This document shows, piece by piece, positions 32,300 through 41,256 of a stretch of 64,000 nt of DNA. The first letter of the stretch is position 1. Each line of letters begins with the position of its first letter. This DNA comes from a virus. Lineage: Duplodnaviria; Heunggongvirae; Uroviricota; Caudoviricetes. Below the pieces are notes generated by a model, which ran no database searches, was not told the DNA's origin, and worked only from the letters and a program-made list of their open reading frames with translations. The stretch lies in IMG/VR virus record IMGVR_UViG_2925450510_000002. One strand, 5' to 3'. Both the position numbers and the translations under genes were made by a program.

Positions 32300-32922
32300 C
32301 AGCAGATCCTCGCACTGGCAAGGTCAGACATCGCCTGCTGCGGTTCATGCGCCTCATCAAGAGAGCGTTGCATGGCCGCCGTAAGCACCTGCTGATAATT
32401 GGCCATTGCCTGCTGACCGAGACTGGCATTTGCCGCGATCGGCATGGCTATCTCTGCCGCCATACGCCACGAAAGAGCATCAGCGAACAAGGCATCAAAC
32501 ATCGTCGGGTCAGTGATGCTTTTCACGTATAGCAGTACCGCCTGAGACTCATTGGTATGAATGACGCGGCCAGTGCCATCTTCATTGCTGCCAACTTCAA
32601 AAACAGGCTTATCCTGCAGAATGATATGAGACCCAGTGAACCACTTCGGTAATATGGCAGCTATGCGCGCGCAGTCGGTCGGGTACTGATACCGGAACAA
32701 CCATCCCGGCGCAGGGTCGCCAAGGTCGGCCAGGACAACGCGCGACATGGCAAAGTTCCAGTCGTTGTCTGCCAGAACTGCGTCGCGCATGGACTCGTAA
32801 AACAGGTTGCAGATATATGCCTCTTTGGTCTTTTCGGTGAGGCTGTTAATCGTCCGGCTGTTGCCTATACGTGCCAGCGCGATATTACAGATATTGATCA
32901 CTGATGCCATATCATCCACCAA
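32299..32922 (-). CDS. tail tubular protein A (T7 gp11-like)
   Basis: 207 aa. Abuts the gp12-like gene. Confidence 0.5.
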   Translation of the reverse strand: MVDDMASVINICNIALARIGNSRTINSLTEKTKEAYICNLFYESMRDAVLADNDWNFAMSRVVLADLGDPAPGWLFRYQYPTDCARIAAILPKWFTGSHIILQDKPVFEVGSNEDGTGRVIHTNESQAVLLYVKSITDPTMFDALFADALSWRMAAEIAMPIAANASLGQQAMANYQQVLTAAMQRSLDEAHEPQQAMSDLASARIC

Positions 32923-32958
32923 CTAAAAAGGGGCTTTCGCCCCTTTGGTTATGAGGGC

Positions 32959-33237
32959 TTACACCCCGAGTTCTTTTCGCCTTTCGGCGATCTTCGCCTT
33001 CAGAGTTTCCGCTTTGGTATTGAAATGCGGCGCTTCGCCGAACATTTCTTCATACTGTTTGCGCAAATCATCAAGCTCGGTTAACTCTTCTGCACTGACC
33101 GGAATAATCTTTTCGCTCAGGCTGGCATCAACGGAAACCAGATTACTTCCCGGCTCACCGTCGTAGGTAACGATGTCACCCGGCTCATGCAGGCGGCCAT
33201 TGATGAATGACCGCTTAGCGACTTTGTACTCAGGCAT
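32959..33237 (-). CDS. hypothetical protein
   Basis: 92-aa ORF. Confidence 0.4.
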   Translation of the reverse strand: MPEYKVAKRSFINGRLHEPGDIVTYDGEPGSNLVSVDASLSEKIIPVSAEELTELDDLRKQYEEMFGEAPHFNTKAETLKAKIAERRKELGV

Positions 33238-33622
33238 TGGTTTGCACGCCTCCGGTGATACCCGCAGTGACTTTGCCAGTGGTCGGCGCAGTACCAGTCA
33301 CCGTATAGTTCAGACGGATGTAGCGTTCCATCTTCATCGGCAACGTGATAACCGGAGACTTATAGCCCAGCACCAGAGACGCCAGAGGGATCGTCATGGA
33401 CAGCACGTCCGCAGCGGAACTGAATGCAGAGTTGTCATCGGTTTGCACCGTCACAGTCAGGCTGGTCAGGTTGTTGAAACCTTCAACCACCTGGATAAGC
33501 AGCGGGATATCGCCATATTTACCGACATCTTTATTGCTGCCGGTATCAATGACGTTGGTCGAAGCAGCCGTGGCCGTAATGGCCTGAGCTGCGGAAAAAA
33601 GCGCTTGCTGGTCGAGCAGCAT
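33230..33622 (-). CDS. putative minor capsid / decoration protein
   Basis: 130 aa, Thr/Gly-rich, just downstream of the capsid gene. Confidence 0.4.
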   Translation of the reverse strand: MLLDQQALFSAAQAITATAASTNVIDTGSNKDVGKYGDIPLLIQVVEGFNNLTSLTVTVQTDDNSAFSSAADVLSMTIPLASLVLGYKSPVITLPMKMERYIRLNYTVTGTAPTTGKVTAGITGGVQTNA

Positions 33623-33631
33623 GATCCCCCC

Positions 33632-34639
33632 TTACGCCGTTACGGCTGATTCAGTATTCAGGATGGCGTCAGCGCGACGGACCGGAATACCCAGGAAAGA
33701 AACGATTTTCTTACCGGCATATTCGTCGATCGTCAGGTTAACGTTTTTCGCATTCATAGCCTGCTTGTGCAGCCAGGCATGGATGGTCTTGTTGCAGTAG
33801 ATGACCTCTTTGCCATCGCCCAGCATTGCTACATCACGCGCGTAGTACGCATCGACCATCATGCTGATGAGGTCGGCGCCGGTTGCAGCATCTTTGGTCA
33901 ACGTGGTGACATCGATGTTGCAGATGCGCGAGATCGAACGCCAGTCACGGACTGACAGGCCGAGATGCCATTTGAACTCATCACGGTAAGCCAGGAACTG
34001 ACCGCCGTTCGCATCGCTGACCAGGTCATTACCCAGATCCTGATGCTGGAACCCGGCGACCATACCTTCCGGATAGATCATGTGCGCGGTGTTCTCACCC
34101 CAGGACATGAACCAGATGGAGGTATTGGTAGAACCACTACCACCGGCGCTGAATACGTTCTCCGCGCTGGCCGCTTTGGAAGTGCTCAGAGTGTTGAAGC
34201 GCGGAGCCAGGCCCATGAACGCTTCCGGCTCAGCATCGGTATTGCCGTAGAAGGTGTAGCGGGAAACCTTGTTGTTAAAGCCCTGCAGCTTGCCCATGTT
34301 CTCGGACACGCGGAACGAGTCCGCATTACCGGAGCGATCGGCCAGGTCTTTATCCACAAAGCCAAGGTCGTACAGCATACCGGTAGTGTCAGTCACCGGA
34401 ACGGTCTGGGTTTTGGTAGGCTGCACGCCCTGGTTGTAACGGCGCCACACCGGCTCGGGGATACCGGCACGGATGGTGGTTTTGTGTTTGGAACCGTCGT
34501 TACACGGCACGTAAATCGCATCGGTAATGACATCGTTGCTTTTCGCCAGTTGCTCGACGATTTTAGCGATCCGCCCGTTCTTGTCGGTACGGCTGTACAC
34601 GTCAAGAAGAGAAGGCAGCGTCTGACCAATTAAAGCCAT
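33632..34639 (-). CDS. major capsid protein (T7 gp10-like)
   Basis: 335 aa, downstream of the scaffold gene. Confidence 0.65.
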   Translation of the reverse strand: MALIGQTLPSLLDVYSRTDKNGRIAKIVEQLAKSNDVITDAIYVPCNDGSKHKTTIRAGIPEPVWRRYNQGVQPTKTQTVPVTDTTGMLYDLGFVDKDLADRSGNADSFRVSENMGKLQGFNNKVSRYTFYGNTDAEPEAFMGLAPRFNTLSTSKAASAENVFSAGGSGSTNTSIWFMSWGENTAHMIYPEGMVAGFQHQDLGNDLVSDANGGQFLAYRDEFKWHLGLSVRDWRSISRICNIDVTTLTKDAATGADLISMMVDAYYARDVAMLGDGKEVIYCNKTIHAWLHKQAMNAKNVNLTIDEYAGKKIVSFLGIPVRRADAILNTESAVTA

Positions 34640-34651
34640 GATTACACCTCA

Positions 34652-35329
34652 CTATTTTTTGCTTGGATAAAACGCTTCGACCAGATCGTTTTTCGGCGAT
34701 CCGTTACCCTGGCCAGTGACGAAACTGTCTTCACTCATCAACTTGCCTACCTTTGCGAACGCCCGAACCATTTCCGGGTGGTTACCCAGGCCGGTAGAGT
34801 CAAGGAATTCGCGGAACTCTTTCGATGCGAAGGTATCCAGCGCCTTCTGCGCGTGCCCTACGGATACCGTTAATTTGTCGCCACCGATTTCTTTGTCAGC
34901 CTTCGTGTCAGCTGCCCACTGTTCAACCTGCTGCCCCCACGACTCAGCCTGGCGGTTCTGGATTTGCTCCTGCAGTTGTGGCCACAGTCCAGCCAACTTC
35001 TGCGCCTGGTCATTAGAAAGACCAAGCTCGCGCGCCACGGGCTCAAACAACTCAACAGCTTTTGAGTCCAGCTCAGTGCCTTCAGGTGCCGTTAGTTCAT
35101 ATTTTTCTGGAACCGATGGCTCAGCAGAAGGAGTTGGCTTATCGCCAGTCGGCTCAGGTTTACCTCCATCAGCTGGCGAAGGTTCTGGATCTGCTGCTGG
35201 TTGTTGCGCTGCTTCAGATTGCTCAGCCGCAGGAGCCGGGGATGGTTCGGATGCTGCTGGAGCTGCTCCACCATCAGCAGGCTGCTCATTGCACAAACGC
35301 CGATACATCAGACGCTCAAATAAATTCAT
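34652..35329 (-). CDS. scaffolding protein (gp9-like, acidic Pro/Ala/Glu-rich)
   Basis: Low-complexity acidic N-half. Start at MNLFERL with a GAGGAA SD. Confidence 0.55.
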   Translation of the reverse strand: MNLFERLMYRRLCNEQPADGGAAPAASEPSPAPAAEQSEAAQQPAADPEPSPADGGKPEPTGDKPTPSAEPSVPEKYELTAPEGTELDSKAVELFEPVARELGLSNDQAQKLAGLWPQLQEQIQNRQAESWGQQVEQWAADTKADKEIGGDKLTVSVGHAQKALDTFASKEFREFLDSTGLGNHPEMVRAFAKVGKLMSEDSFVTGQGNGSPKNDLVEAFYPSKK

Positions 35330-35331
35330 CG

Positions 35332-35637
35332 CTATTCCTCGCTGGCCTCTTTGGCCATTGCCAGATACTGATCGGGACACGCCTCCATCACGTCGGAAAA
35401 GACTTTCAGTCCCGTGTTACGTTTTCCTTCGGCGAAGGCTGCCGAGAGTGCCTCACCGGTATAAGTCGTACGCCACACTCCAGCCTGCTCAATCAGGCGC
35501 CAGATGAAACGGCGGCCGTGTTCTGTCTCGCAGATAAGGCGCAGGTCATTAAGTTCGTTCTCGCGCCGTAACTGCTGCCTTTTGAGCTCATCTGCTGCCA
35601 GTTCTTCACGCTCTTCTTCGCTCAGGTAATCAGTCAT
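35332..35637 (-). CDS. hypothetical protein
   Basis: 101 aa, between the portal and scaffold genes. Confidence 0.45.
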   Translation of the reverse strand: MTDYLSEEEREELAADELKRQQLRRENELNDLRLICETEHGRRFIWRLIEQAGVWRTTYTGEALSAAFAEGKRNTGLKVFSDVMEACPDQYLAMAKEASEE

Positions 35638-37313
35638 TGCGTCACCGCCGGCTGCTGAGCAGCATCAGAGAGGGTTTTTAACAGGCTAGGGTCAGCGGTG
35701 TTGGTATCGCTCAGGGTCTTAGCGGTTGCGCCAGCTTGCTGGGCCATAGCCATCATCTGCTGCTGTTGCTGCTGCTGAGCGCGCTGCTCGCGCGTAGCTT
35801 GCACCTCATCATCAGAGTTAACGATCGTGGCCGGGACGCCGAGCATATTTCCGTACTCGTCAATCGTCTGGTCGATATTGAGTTTGTCGAGCGCCGCAGG
35901 ATTGGCTTTTGCAAGATTCCCAACAAAGCCAACAAAGCGCTCAACGCTGCTGATCCCTATGGATTTTTGGGCCTGTGCCAAAATGGATACATATTCAACT
36001 TTCAGAGGAGTGCCCTGCAGTTCTTCCGGTGGCTCAGGAAATAGGTTGCGGCGCGCCATGATGTTGAATGTGCGATCAACGAAAGGATCAAGGAATTCAT
36101 CATTAAGTCGCTCCAGTACTGGACCAAGCTGCAGGAGCTTCTCATCCTGCATTGCAGCCACAGCTTCCACTGGCATGCTCCTGGTGTTGATGGTGCTGAA
36201 CAGGTTAAACAGGTCAGAGAAGAAGCAGGCTTCAATCATTTGGCGGTCATCAGCAATGCTGCCGAGCATGTCATTAAGCTGAGGGCTGACGGCGTAAGCC
36301 GGACGCACTAGCTTGGTAGCATCAACCTCATCAACATAAGTAACGCCGCCAGGGGCAAGGTTGATCAGCTTATTTTTAAGACCTGTCGGGGCAACCATTG
36401 GCGGGTTAACAAGCTTATCGATCGCGTTAGCTTTGCGAATTTGCTCCAGCTGCAGCGCCTTACCAGTACCGAGCGCCATCATTCCCGGGCAGTTACTCCC
36501 GTAAACATCTTCCCCGTTAATCTCCCAGCGCGGTGAAAGGATCGGCGGCTCATCAAAACCAGCCTCACGAAGGAGCTTGTCACCGTCTCCGGACAACTCG
36601 AAATACACCGATTTGAATGCCTTGTTGCGGGAGTTCAGCTTGCCATTCACACGATCGATATTGGGCTCTGTCAGATGGACCACATCGAACCATGCTTCAT
36701 AGTTCGCGTTATCCCAGGCGCCGCGCACGGCGTTACTGACGTTGTCCAGGCCAAACTGCATAACAATCTGGCGGGCAGTCATGGAGAAAACGCGATACGT
36801 GGTATCGACTGACAAACGATGCGAGTTTGACAGGTAGTAACTTCCGATCGGCAGAGGATGAGTACGAATCACATCTTCGTCGTCTTCGAGAACCGCCATA
36901 GCCGCGGTACCAAAAACACCAAGGTGCCGGTAGATAATCGGCAGGGACTGGTAGACGTTAGAGCGGTTCATGACGTCGTTCATCCTGGTCATGACCACAT
37001 CAAGCCAGCGTTTTACCGGTCCATATTGCATCATCTCCGGATCCGGCGTTGCCAGCTTAAACCATGGGCGGGTTGGGCTGGTGATACCTGACAGCATGCC
37101 TGATTGCAGAGTGCGGGCAGCTTTAGAGGCGGTAGGGTCAACGATGCGGGTATTACGCTTGCTGCCGTTGTTTCTCTCCGTCGTAAGAAAGCGCGTGCTG
37201 CGCGGATCGATAAATTCCGCCAGTTCGCGCCAGTGCTCCTCAAAGCTGGTGCGCTCATTTTTGAGCTGCCCCAGGTGTTTGAGGTAATGCTGTTTCGGAG
37301 AGAGTTCGGCCAT
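35634..37313 (-). CDS. portal (head-to-tail connector) protein, T7 gp8-like
   Basis: 559 aa with a C-terminal poly-Gln/Met/Ala tail (QQQQQQQMMAMAQQAGA) like T7 gp8. Confidence 0.75.
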   Translation of the reverse strand: MAELSPKQHYLKHLGQLKNERTSFEEHWRELAEFIDPRSTRFLTTERNNGSKRNTRIVDPTASKAARTLQSGMLSGITSPTRPWFKLATPDPEMMQYGPVKRWLDVVMTRMNDVMNRSNVYQSLPIIYRHLGVFGTAAMAVLEDDEDVIRTHPLPIGSYYLSNSHRLSVDTTYRVFSMTARQIVMQFGLDNVSNAVRGAWDNANYEAWFDVVHLTEPNIDRVNGKLNSRNKAFKSVYFELSGDGDKLLREAGFDEPPILSPRWEINGEDVYGSNCPGMMALGTGKALQLEQIRKANAIDKLVNPPMVAPTGLKNKLINLAPGGVTYVDEVDATKLVRPAYAVSPQLNDMLGSIADDRQMIEACFFSDLFNLFSTINTRSMPVEAVAAMQDEKLLQLGPVLERLNDEFLDPFVDRTFNIMARRNLFPEPPEELQGTPLKVEYVSILAQAQKSIGISSVERFVGFVGNLAKANPAALDKLNIDQTIDEYGNMLGVPATIVNSDDEVQATREQRAQQQQQQQMMAMAQQAGATAKTLSDTNTADPSLLKTLSDAAQQPAVTQ

Positions 37314-37316
37314 GGA

Positions 37317-37535
37317 TTACGCCCCGAGCAGGGTCTTACCCTGAGTGCCGCCAGAAGGCTGCGTTACACCCTGGCTCGACGTCAGGATTGTTGATTTCTG
37401 CCCGCCCGCTGCGGCACGGCGACGACGATCGCTATCAGCGGCGTTCTGTACAGCAGAATCGGAAACCTGCGGCGCCGCCTGAACCTGCGGAGAACTCACT
37501 TTCGGCTTGCTGATGCACATTTTGCTGCGCTCCAT
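37317..37535 (-). CDS. small hypothetical virion-region protein
   Basis: 72 aa, first gene of the structural block. Confidence 0.4.
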   Translation of the reverse strand: MERSKMCISKPKVSSPQVQAAPQVSDSAVQNAADSDRRRRAAAGGQKSTILTSSQGVTQPSGGTQGKTLLGA

Positions 37536-37941
37536 ACGCGTTTAAATTATTACCAATTTAACCACATATGATTTATTTGTCGTAGTGTATTGACCTTTTG
37601 ACGATAAATTATTACCTTTTTGGTAAACACAACATGAAAGCGCACCCCATTCCCTTCCATTGGTGGCTTTGTCGTTACTCAGATGGCGGAGTGCGCTTCC
37701 AGGTGTGAAAGCATCCGGCGTATGGCACATGCGCCGATAGCGGTCCGGGGGCTCCTTGGTACATGGCCCAGCGGGTAGCCGGAATGTGCAAGCCATGCCC
37801 TGCATGCACGACAGCGACTCACCATCGTGGCGGTACGGTGTGACACCTCGGAAGAGACGAGGATGCAACGATGAGAGCATTGGCGGAAGCAACGCCTCCC
37901 TCGCCGGGTGGTCCACTGTGGTAATCAGTGCTCTCTTCGTT

Positions 37942-38018
37942 GTGGCATTAGCTCAGTCGGATAGAGCAACCGCCTTCTAAGCGGTTGGTCGCAGGTTCGA
38001 ATCCTGCATGCTGCACCA
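37942..38018 (+). tRNA. tRNA-Arg (anticodon UCU), CCA encoded
   Basis: Cloverleaf: D-arm GCTC-AGTCGGATA-GAGC, anticodon loop CTTCTAA, T-arm GCAGG-TTCGAAT-CCTGC. Acceptor stem has 2 G-U pairs. Confidence 0.7.
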
Positions 38019-38053
38019 GAATCACGCCTCAGGACCGTGATACCCGAAGTTCC

Positions 38054-38093
38054 AGAGCAAGTTTGGCGGTGGCAGTTATTCCCTTTCTGACCA
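38054..38093 (+). terminator. hairpin GGCGGTGG...CCACCGCC followed by CTTTTT
   Basis: 8-bp GC stem with a long loop and a T-tract. Confidence 0.4.
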
Positions 38094-38188
38094 CCGCCCT
38101 TTTTACAGCAGGACGCCATTGCGATGACTTCATGCTGTAAACCCTGTGACACCCAGCCAAGGACGGAACTTTCCATCATCCCTGTTTC

Positions 38189-38213
38189 GCCCGGTTCGTC
38201 CGGGCATTTTTTT
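38189..38213 (+). terminator. rho-independent terminator immediately upstream of the next gene's RBS
   Basis: GCCCGG-TTCGT-CCGGGC followed by ATTTTTTT. Confidence 0.5.
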
Positions 38214-38225
38214 AGAGAGGAAATC

Positions 38226-38747
38226 ATGACCCAGCACATAGGTGTAAAATTAATCAACGCATTTCCCATGACTCGCCAGGCATACAACGATTTTCGTGGA
38301 TGGCAACTTCCTGCCGATGAGAACGGCTCTGATGATGGCTATCTTGTTGAATATCTGGACGGCGGAAAACCTAACACCGATCGCTTTGATGGCTACGTTA
38401 GCTGGAGTCCGAAAGAGGTATTCGAAAAGGCTTACCGTCCGGTATCAGGGTTAAGTTTTGGCATTGCCATTGAAGCGCTCAGGCAGGGTAAAAAAGTTGC
38501 CCGCGCTGGCTGGAACGGTAAGGGGATGTGGTTGGCATACGTTAAGCCGTACACTGAAGCAGTTCACACTGGCAGTACACCTTGCTTTTGCAGTCGCGTC
38601 TTTGAGTTGCCGGAAGGTGCGCAGGGAGACCCGAAACGCGCTCCGGAACAACTGCCATATATCGCCATGAAAACAGCGGACGAAAAATTAGTGCCGTGGC
38701 TGGCTAGTCAGACCGATGTTCTGGCCGAAGACTGGCAAATCGTTTAA
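38226..38747 (+). CDS. DUF2829-like (Tad2-like) protein with a 70-aa N-terminal extension
   Basis: ALRQGKKVARAGWNGKGMWLAYV...LPYIAMKTADEKLVPWLASQTDVLAEDWQIV recalls the DUF2829 signature. GAGAGG SD. Confidence 0.5.
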   Translation: MTQHIGVKLINAFPMTRQAYNDFRGWQLPADENGSDDGYLVEYLDGGKPNTDRFDGYVSWSPKEVFEKAYRPVSGLSFGIAIEALRQGKKVARAGWNGKGMWLAYVKPYTEAVHTGSTPCFCSRVFELPEGAQGDPKRAPEQLPYIAMKTADEKLVPWLASQTDVLAEDWQIV

Positions 38748-38767
38748 CACCGTAACATGTCGCAATC

Positions 38768-38793
38768 AGCCCGCCGATGTGCGGGCTTTTTCA
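38768..38793. terminator. terminator between the convergent genes
   Basis: CAGCCCGC-CGATGT-GCGGGCT followed by TTTT on the plus strand. Confidence 0.5.
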
Positions 38794-40266
38794 TGCCCAC
38801 GGGTCGTACTCGCTGATCACGTTGGGCTGCTTGCCGCCGGCAGCAGGGAAATCTGAACGCTTCGCCACTGGATAGGCGAACGTCAGAAGCAGCGCATCGC
38901 CCTTGCCAGGAGACCGGCCCAAACGCTCTTTGATATCCTCTTTCGGCTCCATGACGATCTTACCGTCCACCCTCACCTTGTACTCTGCTGCGGACAGGTC
39001 GTCCGCAGTCTCCTGGTCGTCAATCGCGCCGCCGAGCTTGAGCCACGTCTTGCAGGCGTTGAACATCTCGCCGCGCTTATTCAGCATCTGAGGATCTGCC
39101 GATGCGCCGCCGAACGGTACAAGCTGCCAGGTACGGCCCCAGCCGTCACCGATTGACTTCAGCCCGGTGCCGTATCCGAAGTCGATAAACACCGCGTCAG
39201 CCTGGTACTGGTCCTCAAAGTCAGCGATACGCTTAGCCATAATCAGATCGTCAGTGGTCTTGTTGCCGGTCCACAGCACTTTGCTGTGCAGCCCCTGGCG
39301 GAGATAAATCACCGCGTCATCCACGCCGGAATATGCCGGGTCGACGCCGATTATCCGCGGGGCGTGCGCCACCTGCGCAGCGGTCACAACGCGCTTCATC
39401 GCCTCGTCTGTCAGACCGGTAGGGATGAACTGCAGCTCTGACGCATCAGGGAAGATCCCGCGCACGCGGACCTTCACGAAATCGCTGTCCTCGCCGTAGT
39501 CATCGACCCACTTTTGCAGCTGCTGCTTGTTGGTGCCTTCGACGGTGCGGCTGTCGATTTGCGCGCATTTCCAGCGGTGCTTGTATTTGCGGAAGCACTC
39601 TCGGAATCGCCCGGTGTTACGCGTCGGGTTACCGAACGCCACCCAGATAATTTCGGTGTCCTCGTCCGTCAGCGCGCCCTCGGCAACCTCCCAGACCAGA
39701 TCCGCGATGTTGGATGCTTCGTCGAACACCACAACGATGCGCTTACGCTCGTTGTGCAGGCCTGCAAACGCCTCGGTGTTGTGCTCAGACCAGGGAATAG
39801 CATCGGCGCGCCAGCGTTTGTCGTGGCCCGGATCGTTGCTGTACATCGCGGTGGCGGTGCAGGTGAACCACTCTTTCGTGATAGCCAGGTTCGACCATTT
39901 GATGATTTCCGGCCAGGTCTTCGTGCGCAGCTGGTTATCGGTGTTAGCGGTCACCACCACCTTGCAATCTTCACAGGTGGACATGGCCCAGTTAATCAGC
40001 ATGGAGATAAACGCAGATTTTCCGATGCCGTGGCCGGATGCGCGGGACAGCATCAGCGGCTGGTGACGTGTCGCGGGATTCTGCAGGTGCTCGCCTATTT
40101 CGCGGAATGCGTCAGCCTGCCACTGGCGCGGACCAGTGGCGTGCGCCAGTTCTGTGCCATCCTCGCCCCACGGAAACGCATACAGCGCATAGCCCAGCGG
40201 GTCATGGGTGAAGCTGGCGATATCGTCGATCAGCTGTTCTTCCGGGGATAAAGCGGCGTCTGTCAC
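38791..40266 (-). CDS. terL: terminase large subunit (phage B)
   Basis: Walker A SRASGHGIGKS plus a nuclease domain. Confidence 0.8.
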   Translation of the reverse strand: MTDAALSPEEQLIDDIASFTHDPLGYALYAFPWGEDGTELAHATGPRQWQADAFREIGEHLQNPATRHQPLMLSRASGHGIGKSAFISMLINWAMSTCEDCKVVVTANTDNQLRTKTWPEIIKWSNLAITKEWFTCTATAMYSNDPGHDKRWRADAIPWSEHNTEAFAGLHNERKRIVVVFDEASNIADLVWEVAEGALTDEDTEIIWVAFGNPTRNTGRFRECFRKYKHRWKCAQIDSRTVEGTNKQQLQKWVDDYGEDSDFVKVRVRGIFPDASELQFIPTGLTDEAMKRVVTAAQVAHAPRIIGVDPAYSGVDDAVIYLRQGLHSKVLWTGNKTTDDLIMAKRIADFEDQYQADAVFIDFGYGTGLKSIGDGWGRTWQLVPFGGASADPQMLNKRGEMFNACKTWLKLGGAIDDQETADDLSAAEYKVRVDGKIVMEPKEDIKERLGRSPGKGDALLLTFAYPVAKRSDFPAAGGKQPNVISEYDPWA

Positions 40267-40856
40267 TGGTCACCACCCTGGCGCTCTTTCAGGCGGCGCC
40301 GGGCGGCGGCCATGCGGTCAGCAATGGTGACATTCACGTTAACTTCCATGCGCTCTTTGAATGCCATCACATCAACGTGCTTACCAATCAGCTCGAGGTT
40401 CTTCACCTTGTCTGGCCATTTTATTTTTTTGAGGATAGTCTCGATCGTGGTCTCATCCATGTTCATGATGGTTGAGGACAGATCGAAACCGCTGAGCGTG
40501 GTGCGCCAGATTTTCGGCCACTCGCGGATAGGCTTCAGGCCGCCGTCATCATTCAGGATATCCAGCACGTCCATCTGGTCTATTTCCACCAGGCGCAGCA
40601 GCACGTAATCGGCGCTGACGCGCAGGCGCTTGTTGCGCTCCTCCATCAGCTCAGCGATTCGTTTTTGGATACGCTCATCACGCATCATAGTGCTGGCTTT
40701 GACGTGGGCAGACTTTGGGGAGAACCCGGCATTGATGGCCGCCTGCGTCTGATTTTCAGGGCATTTCACATACTCCTGGGCGTAGGCTTCCTGCATCACC
40801 GTCAACGGTTTGTATTGAGTTGATTTGCGCTTCGGATCCTTTGGCATGGTAAACAC
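40263..40856 (-). CDS. terS: terminase small subunit (phage B)
   Basis: 197 aa with an N-terminal HTH-like region. Overlaps the terL start by 4 nt. Confidence 0.6.
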   Translation of the reverse strand: MFTMPKDPKRKSTQYKPLTVMQEAYAQEYVKCPENQTQAAINAGFSPKSAHVKASTMMRDERIQKRIAELMEERNKRLRVSADYVLLRLVEIDQMDVLDILNDDGGLKPIREWPKIWRTTLSGFDLSSTIMNMDETTIETILKKIKWPDKVKNLELIGKHVDVMAFKERMEVNVNVTIADRMAAARRRLKERQGGDQ

Positions 40857-40924
40857 CCCGAAAATAATTACCTTTTAGGTAATAGTAACACGCAAAACAA
40901 AGCCGCCATAGTCGGCGGCCGCGG

Positions 40925-41191
40925 TCATTCCAGTTTAAATTCATCCTCTAACTCATGAGATCGGGCGGCGACATGGTCGTATAGCACGACGTACTCAACG
41001 CAGCTTGATAGGGGCATTGGCCGCTCAAACTCAAGCCAGAAGCAGTCGGCATAAGCTCGACCAAACCAGTACCCGCCGCCGAACTCCTTACCACGCTGGA
41101 TCATCATCCATCGGCCATCAGGTACAGCGTCGATAAAATCCCCGCGGTAAACGACAGTATAATTACGGTCTTTGCCACCCATGATCTTCAC
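40925..41191 (-). CDS. small hypothetical protein behind an SOS box (candidate antirepressor or inducer)
   Basis: 88 aa with an AGGGGTGAAG SD. A LexA box lies 9 nt upstream. Confidence 0.5.
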   Translation of the reverse strand: MKIMGGKDRNYTVVYRGDFIDAVPDGRWMMIQRGKEFGGGYWFGRAYADCFWLEFERPMPLSSCVEYVVLYDHVAARSHELEDEFKLE

Positions 41192-41199
41192 CCCTAAAA

Positions 41200-41219
41200 T
41201 ACTGTATATTTAAACAGTA
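41200..41219. promoter_or_regulatory. LexA (SOS) box TACTGTATATTTAAACAGTA
   Basis: CTGT-N8-ACAG with 18/20 match to the consensus. Overlaps a candidate -10; a TTGACT -35 lies upstream on the minus strand. Confidence 0.6.
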
Positions 41220-41256
41220 TAATCATGCGAGGATTTAGTCAATCTGTCGTGACATG

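Noticed and set aside
37542-37916. 124-aa minus-strand ORF across the non-coding region upstream of the tRNA
   Set aside because: It has no RBS, does not fit the operon context, and has an odd composition. The region is treated as non-coding or structured RNA.
37942-38018. tRNA-Arg as the chromosomal attachment site of phage B
   Set aside because: Phage genes flank it on both sides and the integrase and att-like repeats are 16 kb away. It is interpreted as a phage-encoded tRNA.
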